From NCBI GenBank assembly GCA_016389475.1, contig GCA_016389475.1_3042.1: DNA of 64,000 nt; one strand, given 5' to 3'. The position numbers and the translations under genes were made by a program. The stretch is from a phage. Each line of letters starts with the position of its first letter. Position 1 is the stretch's first letter. The notes under the pieces are model-generated. The model was not told the origin of the DNA. It did no database searches and saw nothing but the letters and a program-made list of their open reading frames with translations. Positions 27,984 to 38,301 of this stretch are shown here, one piece after another.

Positions 27984-28943
27984 TCACTTCCACTGCATTT
28001 CACATGCTAACTGAATGAAAAGATAAGCTAAATGCAATTCAGTATTAGCTGCAATACCATGATACTGATTATTTTCGCCGACAATTTCGTACATACGAAT
28101 AATACTCTGTGGAGTTACACGTGAATAGATTTCTTCGGCAAGTTTACCCACGAACCACGAATAATCGGCTGCATATTTTGGTGCTAAAGCTCTGAGTTGT
28201 TTAACATCTTTATTTTTGAGAGACTCAAGAACATCATCAATAGCACCACGATCGTTAGTAACCAGTGATAAAATACCAGCATCCAAAACACCCTTAGATG
28301 AATAACTATCGAGCTCACCAATAGTTTTACGAAAATCAGGAAAATTCTTTTTAACCAAAGCTGCTACAACTTTCATATCAGCTATAGCAATTCCTTCATG
28401 CTTGCAGATTTCAGTCAATCGACGAATCATCTGCTTCATCATTTCAATTTTATCTTCATCGGTCGGTTGACCGAATGTAATAACTCGGCAGCGTGACTGA
28501 AGTGGTTTAATAATACCATCAATATTGTTAGCAGTAATAATAATACTACAGTTTGAACTATAAGCTTCCATAAAGGAACGAAGATGTCGCTGAGACTCTG
28601 CTAGCCCTGAACGGTCAAATTCATCAATAACGATTACTTTTTGACGACCATCAAATGAAGCTGCACTAGCAAAATTAGTCAAAGGACCGCGAACGAAATC
28701 AATTTTACAATCTGACCCATTCACAAACATCATATCAGCATTTACATCATGACACAATGCTTTTGCTACAGTTGTTTTACCTGTTCCTGGAGAAGGAGAA
28801 TGAAGAATAATATGTGGAATCTTACCTTTACTTGTAATAGATTTAAAGGTTTCTTTATCAAAGGCGGGAAGAATACATTCATCGATAGTAGATGGACGAT
28901 ATTTCTGTTCAAGAATGTGTTCTTTTTCATTTACGGTAATCAT
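27984..28943 (-). CDS. 44: clamp loader AAA+ ATPase subunit (319 aa from ATG)
   Basis: ORF track; Walker [11 protein letters not shown]; ATG at 28943. Confidence 0.9.
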
Positions 28944-28977
28944 AATTTCCTCATTCAAGTTTTAGTGTAAATTATAA

Positions 28978-28991
28978 AGGGCCGAAGCCCT
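28978..28991 (-). terminator. C(UUCG)G tetraloop hairpin between genes 45 and 44
   Basis: agggc-cgaa-gccct. Confidence 0.4.
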
Positions 28992-28994
28992 CTA

Positions 28995-29681
28995 TTAAAA
29001 ATCGTGGGTAGAATCAGCTTCAAGAGCTACTACATAATTCGCGTGTTCACCTTCAAATTTAGCAGCACCTTGTTTACCTTTTGCCCAGAGCAGAAGTTTA
29101 TAATTTCCTGGTTGCATTTTCATATTTGCCATATTGATAATAAAATTAAATGTATTTTCACCATCATAATCACCAAGAGTCAAAGAATATTTAACACGGG
29201 TCAGAGCAGAATCTTCTACTTTATTAAAACCGTTAATTACGATTTTACCTTCTTTTACCGTGATAGCAATTGTATCAATTTGCAGACCACGAGATACACG
29301 CAACAGTTGTTGAAGGTCTTCAGCTTTAATTTCAGTAACAACAGATGCTACCGGGAATGGAATTGGTTTATTAGGAGCAACTACTGTACTCGGATCGGCT
29401 GCTGGCCAAAAAATTGTTGAACGGGCATCAGCAATTTTAATATTTCCATCTTCTGACTGGGAAATTTCTGCATCATCATTAACTAAAGACAGAATACCGA
29501 GAAAACCGTTCAAATCGTAAATTGCTACATCAAAATCAATAACGTCAGAAATATTTGCTTCCGCATAAGTTGTACCATTAACTGCGCGAGTCATAATAAA
29601 TTGACCAGATTTAAGCATAATGCCAGAGTTAATAGTAGCGAAATTTTTGAGCAGAGCAGTAGTATCTTTAGACAGTTTCAT
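28995..29681 (-). CDS. 45: sliding clamp
   Basis: ORF track 228 aa; MKLSKDTTALLKNFATINSGIMLKSGQFIMTRAV matches T4 gp45. Confidence 0.95.
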   Translation of the reverse strand: MKLSKDTTALLKNFATINSGIMLKSGQFIMTRAVNGTTYAEANISDVIDFDVAIYDLNGFLGILSLVNDDAEISQSEDGNIKIADARSTIFWPAADPSTVVAPNKPIPFPVASVVTEIKAEDLQQLLRVSRGLQIDTIAITVKEGKIVINGFNKVEDSALTRVKYSLTLGDYDGENTFNFIINMANMKMQPGNYKLLLWAKGKQGAAKFEGEHANYVVALEADSTHDF

Positions 29682-29712
29682 GTAATTTCCTTCAATTCAA
29701 ATGAGATTTAAT

Positions 29713-29736
29713 TTTATAACCAATTTAATAAAGCAA
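29713..29736 (-). promoter_or_regulatory. putative MotA-dependent middle promoter for gene 45
   Basis: minus strand TTGCTTTA MotA box (29729-29736) then TATAAA about 10 nt downstream. Confidence 0.35.
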
Positions 29737-30126
29737 TTAACGATTAAAATCGGCAGCAATTGTTTCCGCAACAATTTGAGCAGCAACAATTAGACGTTCA
29801 TCTGCATTACCACAATAATCATCTTCAAGGCGTTCACCACATGAAGTCATAATAAATTTAGCACCAGCATTTAGAGATTCTGACGTATGTTTGCGCATTA
29901 GTTCAATCCATTTATCACTCACTTCGCGATCGATGGCTTCATAATACGCATGGCGAGCAGGTGCAGATTTAATTTTGCTCTGAATAACTTCCATCGCGTT
30001 ATCAGAAAGAGACAAAACCCATGCTCGACGAATTTTATTTTGGTTTTGTGGATTTGATTCAGAACGCACGTGTTTTGGCTGAATATCTTTTACATCAACA
30101 GTATAATTCACAGTAATTTTAGTCAT
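29737..30126 (-). CDS. rpbA: RNA polymerase binding protein RpbA (positional)
   Basis: ORF track 129 aa; located between genes 45 and 46 as in T4. Confidence 0.5.
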   Translation of the reverse strand: MTKITVNYTVDVKDIQPKHVRSESNPQNQNKIRRAWVLSLSDNAMEVIQSKIKSAPARHAYYEAIDREVSDKWIELMRKHTSESLNAGAKFIMTSCGERLEDDYCGNADERLIVAAQIVAETIAADFNR

Positions 30127-30135
30127 AATACACCT

Positions 30136-30336
30136 TTAGTCATAATAATCAGTAACAGTCCAAGCTTCATTTCTGTTGGACATTATTTTCGTATATTCTG
30201 CTTTAAATGCATTCTTAAGCATAGATTCAGTAACTATATGCTCTTCATTAGAAAAATTATTTCTCAGAATATATCGTTTTATTTCAGGAATAGTTAATAG
30301 ATGCTGTCCAGTTGAATATTCCATGTTTTCCTCCAT
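30136..30336 (-). CDS. hypothetical protein (66 aa), 45.2 position
   Basis: ORF track. Confidence 0.45.
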   Translation of the reverse strand: MEENMEYSTGQHLLTIPEIKRYILRNNFSNEEHIVTESMLKNAFKAEYTKIMSNRNEAWTVTDYYD

Positions 30337-30378
30337 AGAGATTATACTCTAATAAATTAAAGCATAATCTCTTATAAA

Positions 30379-32061
30379 TTAAACCATTATAGTAAATCGA
30401 CCAACTTTCTTCATTTGAAGATGCTGACCGTATGCTTGCGGGTCATGGTCTCTATGTGAAATAACAAAAACATTAGTATTTTTTAAACTATCTAAAATAG
30501 TTGAAATAGCTTTTACACCTTCAACGTCGGTCGCTGAATCAAAAACTTCATCAAGAATTAGTGTGTTTATTTTAACACCTGAAACTTTTTCAGCAATATC
30601 ACGCCAAGTAAATAAAAGAGCAATATCAATTCGTGCTTTTTCACCTTGACTGAATGAAGCATAACTAAAATCTTCACGACCACGGGATTTAATTGTCTCA
30701 TTAAATTCTTCATCTAATGTAAACACATAATCCGCTTCCATTATTTTAAGATAATGGTTAATCTGCTTATTAAATAATGGAATGTACTTTTTAATAATAG
30801 CACCTTTAATACCAGAATCTTTGAGCATATCAGTCAAAATTCCTCGGTGGTATTTTTCCATTACTAAATTAGTTTTTGTCTTAACAATTTTATCAAGTTC
30901 TTCTTGAAGCAGTGCTATTTCATCAGCATGGTCAATAAACTCAGAAGATGCTTTTTCTATAGCTGCTTTAACTTTTTTAGCTTTATCTACCGTCGTGATT
31001 AGAGATTGCTTTTTATTGCGAATATCATTTGCCAACGACTGCTGGGTTTTAATATTATCTCGGTATTCATCAACAAGAACTTTTAAATTATCACGGTGTG
31101 TTGAAAGCTGTTCAAATGAATGCGTACATTCAGAAACTTTATCTTTAATTTTAGAAACAACTTTATCACCGGAACTTAATTGTGACAAACAGGTTGGACA
31201 TAATCCACCTTCGTGATACATATTAATGACTTTATTATACGAGTCAATTTTTGATTTAATTAAAAATGCTTCTTGACCGATTTTATTAAATGCATCAGTC
31301 GGGTCTTCATCCAAAACAATATTAACTAATCTTTCATTAGCTTCTTCTATTTCCGATTTTAGCGTTCTAGCTTCTTTTGCCAAATCATCATACATATTTT
31401 GAAGACGAGTAAGGTTGTCACCCGTTAATTTTTTCTGACGTTCAACATTATCATTATATATTTTAATTTGTTGGATAATACTATCTTTTTTAACATCAAG
31501 CACTTGGTTTTGTGAATTTAATTCACGTATTAGTGCTTTATTAAGCTTATCCATTTCAGCTAATGTTCCTACCTCAAGCAGGTCTTCCACAAGCTTTCTT
31601 CGTGCAGGGGTCGACAAACCCATGAAAGGGGTATACCCTGCTGTACCAAGGACAACAATCTGCTTGAAACTGGCATATGACATTCCGATAAGCTGTTCAA
31701 ATTCTGCTTGGAAATCTTTACTGCTGGCAGATTCATTAAGACGTGTACCGTTAACGGTGATTTCGAAAACGTTTGGTTTTTGTCCTCTTTTGATATAGTA
31801 CTTTTTCTCATCATATTCCATCCACAGTTCAACTAAAAGTTCTTTCTTATTTGTGCTGTTTATTAATTGACCTTTCTTTACATCACGAAATGGCTTACCA
31901 AAAAGCCCAAATGTGATGGCTTCTAGCATAGTAGACTTACCACCGCCATTTCGTCCAGTAATAAGAGTTTTTTGAACCTTATCTAATTGAATGTCAATAG
32001 GATTTCCACCTACTGACATTATATTTTGATACCTAACTCGGTTTAGTTTAAAATTCTTCAC
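30379..32061 (-). CDS. 46: recombination endonuclease subunit (SbcC/Rad50-like ATPase)
   Basis: ORF track 560 aa; Walker A GRNGGGKST, central coiled coil with CPTC zinc hook, Walker B LILDEVFD. Confidence 0.95.
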   Translation of the reverse strand: MKNFKLNRVRYQNIMSVGGNPIDIQLDKVQKTLITGRNGGGKSTMLEAITFGLFGKPFRDVKKGQLINSTNKKELLVELWMEYDEKKYYIKRGQKPNVFEITVNGTRLNESASSKDFQAEFEQLIGMSYASFKQIVVLGTAGYTPFMGLSTPARRKLVEDLLEVGTLAEMDKLNKALIRELNSQNQVLDVKKDSIIQQIKIYNDNVERQKKLTGDNLTRLQNMYDDLAKEARTLKSEIEEANERLVNIVLDEDPTDAFNKIGQEAFLIKSKIDSYNKVINMYHEGGLCPTCLSQLSSGDKVVSKIKDKVSECTHSFEQLSTHRDNLKVLVDEYRDNIKTQQSLANDIRNKKQSLITTVDKAKKVKAAIEKASSEFIDHADEIALLQEELDKIVKTKTNLVMEKYHRGILTDMLKDSGIKGAIIKKYIPLFNKQINHYLKIMEADYVFTLDEEFNETIKSRGREDFSYASFSQGEKARIDIALLFTWRDIAEKVSGVKINTLILDEVFDSATDVEGVKAISTILDSLKNTNVFVISHRDHDPQAYGQHLQMKKVGRFTIMV

Positions 32062-32321
32062 AAAAGATTCCTTTTAATGTATCTTTTAGACCATTCTATC
32101 ATATCATCATAATCTAAAAAGTATTCATCAAATTCAGCCACGCAAACAACGCCTTGTGCTGTTTTTGATGTAATATAAATTATTCCAACATATCTAGAAT
32201 CTTCTTCGGTATAATCAATATTTGCTATGAATTCATCATTAATGTCAAATGTCGAAAACTTCACAGTATGCATCCTTAATACAAGATACAGCCATATCTT
32301 GTAATGATTTAGGTGTGTCAT
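32058..32321 (-). CDS. hypothetical protein (87 aa), 46.1 position
   Basis: ORF track; start uncertain (overlaps next ORF by 77 nt; internal ATG at 32273 possible). Confidence 0.4.
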   Translation of the reverse strand: MTHLNHYKIWLYLVLRMHTVKFSTFDINDEFIANIDYTEEDSRYVGIIYITSKTAQGVVCVAEFDEYFLDYDDMIEWSKRYIKRNLL

Positions 32322-32508
32322 TATCTAAAATGTTGAAGTTAAAAGATACAGCCCAGTCAGTGCAGACCGTAACCTTTTTAATACAATTATCTTCAACCTC
32401 TAGCGGTTCAAACCAATATTCAATAATTTCTTTATGACCAATATCATCTTTTACTTCGCATTCAAAATGCTGACTCATCATAACATTTTTAAATTCATCA
32501 AAAGTCAT
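32245..32508 (-). CDS. hypothetical protein (87 aa), 46.2 position
   Basis: ORF track; ATGA-type overlap with gene 47. Confidence 0.45.
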   Translation of the reverse strand: MTFDEFKNVMMSQHFECEVKDDIGHKEIIEYWFEPLEVEDNCIKKVTVCTDWAVSFNFNILDNDTPKSLQDMAVSCIKDAYCEVFDI

Positions 32509-33524
32509 TGTGTTGCCTCTACATATAACTGATTTGCATATTGAATAAGTGCTTCGCGATCAGAATCAGTGATGTCTGGAATTGCATTAATGTATTCTTC
32601 CATCAACGTCTGAAGAGATTGAACTTCAACTTCTTCACTGTCATCTGACTCGACAGAGTTATCAATCTTTGACACAACTCGTAATGAATGCACAACTTTT
32701 TCTAGTTCAGATTCGAACTTCGTTAGATTTTTGTCTACTTCAGTTACTATAACACGTACTGATAGATTTGTAAAATCTTTATAGTCAATTTTTCCTTTAA
32801 ATGGATAATGAATTCTACGATGCCAGGTAGTATTGTTTGGAATAAATTCCATTCGTTCTGTTTCTGTATCAAACATCCAGAACCCACGAGGGTCATTCTC
32901 GTCACCTGCAGTTAGTGTCCATGGTGTCCCAATATATCTAACGTTAGCAGCCTCAGAGATAGTATGGAAGTGACCAGACCACACTTCTTTATAAGTCTTA
33001 AGGAAATCAGGTTCAAGACCATGAGATTTCATTCCTTTATAAAAATAAAATCCATTCAGTTCCCAGTGACCAACACAAAAAGAAGCAGATGAAGTTTTGA
33101 TGTGTTCAAGAATTTCACCAGTATTTTCTTCACACATCCAAGGAATTAAATCAATTAAACATCCGTCAAAATCTACTGTAGTAGGCTTATCATATACTTT
33201 AACATTAGGATATTTAGCCAAAAGCTCAGTAGAAGCATTTGGATGCATTACATTTTTGTAGTGAAGATCGTGATTTCCTACAATAGTATGTAGGGTAATA
33301 CCAGCATCATCAAGCATTTGAACTATTTCACGAGCAAACTCCATAGTTTTATGCGTGATCGCTTTTCGCACATCAAAAATATCACCGTATTGAATCCATA
33401 CCGTAATTCCATTTTTCTTAGAATATTCTATCGCTTGCTTAATTCCATCAATTTGAATACCGCGAATCCACTCATCATCAGCTTTAACGCCTAAATGCCA
33501 ATCACCTAAATTTAAAATTTTCAT
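32505..33524 (-). CDS. 47: recombination endonuclease subunit (SbcD/Mre11-like phosphoesterase)
   Basis: ORF track 339 aa; calcineurin-like motifs (LGDWH, GNHD, GHWE). Confidence 0.95.
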   Translation of the reverse strand: MKILNLGDWHLGVKADDEWIRGIQIDGIKQAIEYSKKNGITVWIQYGDIFDVRKAITHKTMEFAREIVQMLDDAGITLHTIVGNHDLHYKNVMHPNASTELLAKYPNVKVYDKPTTVDFDGCLIDLIPWMCEENTGEILEHIKTSSASFCVGHWELNGFYFYKGMKSHGLEPDFLKTYKEVWSGHFHTISEAANVRYIGTPWTLTAGDENDPRGFWMFDTETERMEFIPNNTTWHRRIHYPFKGKIDYKDFTNLSVRVIVTEVDKNLTKFESELEKVVHSLRVVSKIDNSVESDDSEEVEVQSLQTLMEEYINAIPDITDSDREALIQYANQLYVEATQ

Positions 33525-33661
33525 ATATCAAGAACCGTCATTGAAATGCAAAATAAAATTATTGAAATAAACCCATCTGGTGTGCTAAAGAACCCAATCC
33601 AACATGCTCTAGTGAATAGATAAAATGCGAGAAAAAGTATCACATATCCAAGAAATATCAT
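33521..33661 (-). CDS. hydrophobic micro-ORF (46 aa), absent from ORF track
   Basis: Hand translation MIFLGYVILFLAFYLFTRACWIGFFSTPDGFISIILFCISMTVLDI; ATGA overlap with gene 47. Confidence 0.4.
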   Translation of the reverse strand: MIFLGYVILFLAFYLFTRACWIGFFSTPDGFISIILFCISMTVLDI

Positions 33662-33684
33662 TATATCAAACTCCGTATAAAGCT

Positions 33685-33702
33685 AAAGGGCCGAAGCCCT
33701 TT
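33685..33702 (-). terminator. C(UUCG)G tetraloop hairpin overlapping alpha-gt stop
   Basis: aaagggc-cgaa-gcccttt. Confidence 0.45.
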
Positions 33703-34903
33703 ATTTTGTAATAATGTCAAACTGTTCTTTAAAGCAGAAGCTTGAATCTTGGTGCTGATACAAAAATTCATATGCTTTTTCTCGCTCACGGTCATAAAGA
33801 GTTCGGTCAGATGACAGTTCTTTAATACGTTCAAATGTTGATTCCATGTCATTTTCATCAAACCAAATGATACCGCTATCATGCGAGGTCAAAGGAGTAT
33901 TATCAACACGGAATTTTAAATTTTCGCCAGTAGATTTCCAAAATACCGGAATTGTTCCACATGCACCAAGCTCGAGATGAGTATATTCTAAAGAACGTTG
34001 TAGATATTTTTTATCCAACTTACTCAACTGATAACCAAAACCGGATTTACTCATACGTTCAAGCATTTCGCTATTTACATAACGGTCAAGAATTTGCGTT
34101 GGCAAATTAGGAGCAATTTTAATTTGGTCTACTTGATGAAGACGATAATACTCGTATGGAATTCCTTTTTCTTTAATAGGAATGAACGCTGGAGAACGTT
34201 CCAGACCTTCCATAATAGTACTTAGTCCTGCAGGTTTAAGATGTTTTTCATGAAAATCAAACATCTGATAAAAACCTTTCCATGTAGTCGTACGACCAAT
34301 CCAACGGTTGATATTCATGTTAATTTCAGAAACATCTTTCCAGTAAGTTGACCGAACCTTCGCAATATCCATAGGAGGCTGAAAGTTATATACGGTCGGT
34401 GCTTCTTCAATATCATCAAACAGAGAAACAGTTTCTGGATACCACTCTTTCATCAGAACTTTATTAAAATCACCATTATCAGAATGGCTAAAAATAACAT
34501 CAGCTCGACGAACAGTTTCTTCTAATCCCAAATTTCGACGCAAAGAAAGAGAAGAATGGTCATGTTGATAAACTACAACACGAACAGAAGGTTTAATGTT
34601 ATCAATAATTTTTTTATAGTTATTAATAGTGTCTTCTTCAACCGAAGTAGCAGGAACTGAATTGATAATTAGAATATCACAATCATTTACCAGCTTAAGT
34701 GTTTTATCATATTCTTTTGCCAATAAAACCGGAATTGAAAATGATTTATAATCATGCGCGCAATTACGAGTAAATGATTTATCTTTAGCATAAACCAAAG
34801 TCACTTCATGACCATTTTTAATAAACCAATCACGTTGCTCGAGTGAGAATTTAGTTACACCACAGCCTTCAAGACCTCGAGCCATAAAAATACATACTTT
34901 CAT
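33701..34903 (-). CDS. a-gt: DNA alpha-glucosyltransferase
   Basis: ORF track 400 aa; CIFMARGLEGCGVTKFSLEQRDWFIKNGHEVTLVYAKDKSF matches T4 alpha-gt. Confidence 0.9.
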   Translation of the reverse strand: MKVCIFMARGLEGCGVTKFSLEQRDWFIKNGHEVTLVYAKDKSFTRNCAHDYKSFSIPVLLAKEYDKTLKLVNDCDILIINSVPATSVEEDTINNYKKIIDNIKPSVRVVVYQHDHSSLSLRRNLGLEETVRRADVIFSHSDNGDFNKVLMKEWYPETVSLFDDIEEAPTVYNFQPPMDIAKVRSTYWKDVSEINMNINRWIGRTTTWKGFYQMFDFHEKHLKPAGLSTIMEGLERSPAFIPIKEKGIPYEYYRLHQVDQIKIAPNLPTQILDRYVNSEMLERMSKSGFGYQLSKLDKKYLQRSLEYTHLELGACGTIPVFWKSTGENLKFRVDNTPLTSHDSGIIWFDENDMESTFERIKELSSDRTLYDREREKAYEFLYQHQDSSFCFKEQFDIITK

Positions 34904-34927
34904 TTAATATCCTCTTTGTTTTGGTTT

Positions 34928-34952
34928 ATTTTACCAAAAATTTATAAAGCAA
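34928..34952 (-). promoter_or_regulatory. putative MotA-dependent middle promoter for alpha-gt
   Basis: minus strand TTGCTTTA (34945-34952), 11-nt gap, TAAAAT. Confidence 0.35.
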
Positions 34953-34954
34953 TA

Positions 34955-34972
34955 TAGGAGCCGAAGCTCCTA
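34955..34972 (-). terminator. C(UUCG)G tetraloop hairpin
   Basis: taggagc-cgaa-gctccta. Confidence 0.4.
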
Positions 34973-35146
34973 TCCGCATAATACACCGTATAGAGGCTCA
35001 TTAGAGCTTCTAAATTTTATACGCTTATATGTTATAGTTCCTTCTGCTTTAGCTTTATCATGAGACTCTTTAAAGCGTCTCATCATTTCCTCTTTAGAGG
35101 AACGAACTTTATTATAATCTATTTCAGAAGTCTGGGTGTTCATCTT

Positions 35147-35353
35147 TCATAACTGCCACCATTTTTTGACTTGATAAGAATCAACCCACACTTTCATATT
35201 AGGGTCTGCTCTTACAATAGGAGGATTAACTTCTTTAATTGAACTATCATGGTATTCTTTTTCAGAAATTTTCACACAAAGATGACCATTCAAAGATTCA
35301 GTAAATCCTGCATTAATTTTAAGACGCTTGAATTTTACATGTGTAAGCATCAA
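35147..35353 (-). CDS. hypothetical protein (68 aa; ATG at 35350)
   Basis: ORF track. Confidence 0.4.
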   Translation of the reverse strand: MMLTHVKFKRLKINAGFTESLNGHLCVKISEKEYHDSSIKEVNPPIVRADPNMKVWVDSYQVKKWWQL

Positions 35354-35636
35354 TCATATCCTCAATCTGTGATCTAGTAGTCTTCCAAAGAATACTAATA
35401 AGTTCATCGTTATATGGCTGTTTTAGAATATCCCGACTTTTCTTGATAGCATATTCGTATTGAGCAAAATTATTGTTTTCAGCTGCGATCTGAGCGTGCT
35501 TATAAAGACGATTCAGTTCGCGTTTGTTTTTAGACAATAACTTATTTGCTTTTCTTTCTGCTTCAAGACGGTTCTTTTCTTCAATAGAAGAAATAAGCTT
35601 TTCCACTTCATCATTAATTTCGGGTTTATCAGTCAT
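35319..35636 (-). CDS. hypothetical protein (105 aa)
   Basis: ORF track; helical, charged. Confidence 0.45.
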   Translation of the reverse strand: MTDKPEINDEVEKLISSIEEKNRLEAERKANKLLSKNKRELNRLYKHAQIAAENNNFAQYEYAIKKSRDILKQPYNDELISILWKTTRSQIEDMIDAYTCKIQAS

Positions 35637-35637
35637 A

Positions 35638-35856
35638 TTATTTCTCTAATATAAAATAAAAATCATCATCTGTTAAATGATACCGATAGTTTAATTCTAC
35701 ACCATTAGATTTAAAAGCGGTATCATACGGATTTTCTGGATCAATATCAATGTCAAGAGCTAAAACTTCCCTGAGATACATTTTAAGTAAATAGGGAATA
35801 GCTTCAACTTCAGGTATTTCTTCCAAGAATCCGGAGAGGTTAATCGTTAGCCTCAT
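35638..35856 (-). CDS. hypothetical protein (72 aa)
   Basis: ORF track. Confidence 0.45.
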
Positions 35857-36397
35857 ATAAAAAATCCAAACTAGGAGAATCGTCTACAACACTTTTCTTT
35901 TCAGCCCCCGGTGTTCTATAGGTTGATTCTTCGTAATGCGTCATTTTATCATAGATGTCTTGAATAAAAGTTTCATCTACTAACGCAACCATATCGTCGT
36001 CACGGCTGTCATAGACATTGTGAACGAAGTAACTATATTTCTTTGCAACTTCCTTACGTTCTTTTTTAATACGTTGGACGAATGCATTAAAACAAGCTTG
36101 AGTTATATATGCATGTGGGTTTTTATATTTCGTTTCATCAAAATTGTGAAGCCCCTTAATAGAAGCTTCTATACCATCTGCAATCATTTCTTGTTTCCAA
36201 GACTGGGTGTATCCTGAAAAGTTGAAACGTTTAGATAAGCCTTCTGCAATAAGCATAATGGCTAATCCGATAGTATCATTCTGACGAACTACTTTATTTG
36301 GGTCTTTATTATTTGCTAATTCTGTTTTCCAATCAATAATAGCTTGTAAAAGCTCTTTATTGTTTACGTAATTATATTTAGGCTTAGTTTCTGACAT
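35840..36397 (-). CDS. 55: late-transcription sigma factor gp55 (185 aa from ATG)
   Basis: ORF track from GTG 36403; ATG at 36397 with AAGAGG RBS; length equals T4 gp55. Confidence 0.85.
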
Positions 36398-36475
36398 TTT
36401 CACCTCTTAGCTCAATTCATAGATCTATTATATCATAATATTTGAAGATCTATCTTAAAGCATAGAGGATATCAG

Positions 36476-36745
36476 TTATCTAAGTAAACAGTATGCTTGG
36501 AACACTTTCTCCATCATCTTTTTAAATTCATGAATATCTATATAATGACTAGTTAGATCAGCATGATATAAAAAGTCTAAAAACTTTTCATGTGTACTAG
36601 CATATTCGCTTTCATTTAATTCAGAAACATGGCTTTCCCAATATCCAACACCAGTCTTATTTGGGAAAAATGAAATTTTCATGTATTGATCAACATAGAA
36701 AATGCCATAATTTTCAATAGTAATAGAAATATTAATAAATTTCAT
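36476..36745 (-). CDS. hypothetical protein (89 aa)
   Basis: ORF track. Confidence 0.45.
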   Translation of the reverse strand: MKFINISITIENYGIFYVDQYMKISFFPNKTGVGYWESHVSELNESEYASTHEKFLDFLYHADLTSHYIDIHEFKKMMEKVFQAYCLLR

Positions 36746-36957
36746 ACATTCATCAACTTAGCCGCTCCAAGAGCTGCATCTAGTGAATCAAATTGGTCAA
36801 CATATTCAATCAATTCGCCGTAATTGGCATATAACCACCATTGGCTAAATTCATACTCAAGGATGAATCCATTTCCTTCAATTTGAGTTAAACCATTGCC
36901 GTTTGTATTTACTTCATATCCGGCAAGACGCAAATCGTTAATAAGAGATTCGTTCAT
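36742..36957 (-). CDS. hypothetical protein (71 aa)
   Basis: ORF track. Confidence 0.45.
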   Translation of the reverse strand: MNESLINDLRLAGYEVNTNGNGLTQIEGNGFILEYEFSQWWLYANYGELIEYVDQFDSLDAALGAAKLMNV

Positions 36958-36959
36958 AA

Positions 36960-37286
36960 TTATACCTTAGTAATTTTCAGGTCTGCAAATTTTTTCTTGC
37001 GTTGATTTTTCATGCGACGAATAGTTTTATCGGAAATTTCATGCTTTTGATAAGCTTTAGATTCTACACCAAAAGCTTTAACATCAAATTCTGACAAGAT
37101 ATATTGAACCAACAATTCACGGACAGTATTGCGTCCAATTTTCTGATCATTCTGTTTCATCGTCTGATGAAGTTCTTTTTCCCATTTATCCAAAATTTGA
37201 GGAGTTACAATATCGCCTTTTTCTAGCAAAGAAACTACTTTATCATATGCGTAAGAATTGATGGCGTTTTTAATTTGAATAGTCAT
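36960..37286 (-). CDS. hypothetical protein (108 aa)
   Basis: ORF track. Confidence 0.5.
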   Translation of the reverse strand: MTIQIKNAINSYAYDKVVSLLEKGDIVTPQILDKWEKELHQTMKQNDQKIGRNTVRELLVQYILSEFDVKAFGVESKAYQKHEISDKTIRRMKNQRKKKFADLKITKV

Positions 37287-37326
37287 ACATTATCCTCAAT
37301 TGCGTTAAAATTTTATTATCCAAAAA

Positions 37327-37342
37327 AAGGGCCGAAGCCCTT
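37327..37342 (-). terminator. intrinsic terminator with C(UUCG)G tetraloop
   Basis: aagggc-cgaa-gccctt followed on minus RNA by UUUUUUUGG. Confidence 0.6.
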
Positions 37343-37541
37343 AGCTAAACTGTTTGGCACCCTTCCAGCCTTCGTACATCATTGCGACTGACAATGACAA
37401 AGCTCCTTCGCATGCTGCATACTTATTATTCCAGAACCAATTTAGAAAAACTTCATCCTCAATACCATTGTGTTTCATGTTCTGGAAAAATTTGGCGCGT
37501 TCTTCACGAAGCTTTTGCGATAACATAGATTCAGGATTCAT
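37341..37541 (-). CDS. hypothetical protein (66 aa)
   Basis: ORF track. Confidence 0.45.
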   Translation of the reverse strand: MNPESMLSQKLREERAKFFQNMKHNGIEDEVFLNWFWNNKYAACEGALSLSVAMMYEGWKGAKQFS

Positions 37542-37673
37542 TTAAATTTTCCAGTTACCGTTTTCATCAATAAATTTAATCCAGTCATTTACTGACCACT
37601 TAGTTGTATCGCCTTTTGGAGTAACATTTAAAGTATATAGCCCTTGCTTAAAAAGCATTCGTTTGATATTCAT
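37542..37673 (-). CDS. micro-ORF (43 aa), absent from ORF track
   Basis: Hand translation MNIKRMLFKQGLYTLNVTPKGDTTKWSVNDWIKFIDENGNWKI; GAGGA RBS. Confidence 0.4.
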   Translation of the reverse strand: MNIKRMLFKQGLYTLNVTPKGDTTKWSVNDWIKFIDENGNWKI

Positions 37674-37680
37674 ATTTTCC

Positions 37681-37974
37681 TCAGCTGTAACGATAGCACT
37701 CGTTTGATTTACGCTTAGCAACTAGTTGAGAAGTATTATAATCAAAATCATCGTCAATGTAAACAGATTTTTTCAACTTTCTTACTTCACCACGCAGTTG
37801 ACGATTCAATTCATTCTTAACCTCTGAATCAACACCTCGCATACGTCGCCATTTATCTGAACGAAAAATGTTTTCAACCATATCTTTATGACTTACCCCA
37901 TCAGGAGCTTTACGCTTTCCGAAATAGTCATAATCACGAACTTTCAAGTCTTTACGACGATACGTTTTACCCAT
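37681..37974 (-). CDS. basic hypothetical protein (97 aa from ATG)
   Basis: ORF track from GTG 38019; ATG at 37974. Confidence 0.45.
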   Translation of the reverse strand: MGKTYRRKDLKVRDYDYFGKRKAPDGVSHKDMVENIFRSDKWRRMRGVDSEVKNELNRQLRGEVRKLKKSVYIDDDFDYNTSQLVAKRKSNECYRYS

Positions 37975-38143
37975 GGAGTTTAATTTCCTTAGCAACTGAA
38001 CTAAATACAGCACGGTCACAAATCATACGTTTGTTCCATTTAATCACAGTATAATGAACATCTAAATCATCGACTGCTGTAACAATAACGATATGTCCGT
38101 TAACACGATAGTACTGGTCAATTTTAATCTCTTTATCAACCAT
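37964..38143 (-). CDS. micro-ORF (59 aa), absent from ORF track
   Basis: Hand translation MVDKEIKIDQYYRVNGHIVIVTAVDDLDVHYTVIKWNKRMICDRAVFSSVAKEIKLHG; GAGGA RBS; first gene behind promoter 38174-38203. Confidence 0.45.
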
Positions 38144-38173
38144 ATCAATTCCTCAAAGGTAATTCATATGTTA

Positions 38174-38203
38174 ATAATACCACGGTTTGAACTTCTTGTA
38201 AAC
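38174..38203 (-). promoter_or_regulatory. T4-type early promoter
   Basis: gtaaac 38198-38203, ataata (TATTAT) 38174-38179. Confidence 0.55.
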
Positions 38204-38301
38204 AACTTTGTGAAAATTATTTTAGGGAATGATAAGAAGTGAACGATAGCTTAGAATGGTAATATACAGAATGTGAGAAAGAAAGGCCCAGAGGGCCCGT
38301 C

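Noticed and set aside
31569-31832. Minus-strand 87-aa ORF
   Set aside because: Alternative frame inside gene 46.
33661-33882. Minus-strand 73-aa ORF
   Set aside because: Overlaps the alpha-gt C-terminus out of frame; the gap is better explained by the 46-aa membrane micro-ORF at 33521-33661 and the hairpin.
36455-36489. Early promoter (gtaaac at 36484-36489) or middle promoter upstream of gene 55
   Set aside because: The gtaaac lies inside ORF 36476-36745 and has no acceptable -10 at 17-18 nt; the MotA-box-like ATGCTTTA has a 14-nt gap to TATTAT, too irregular to report.
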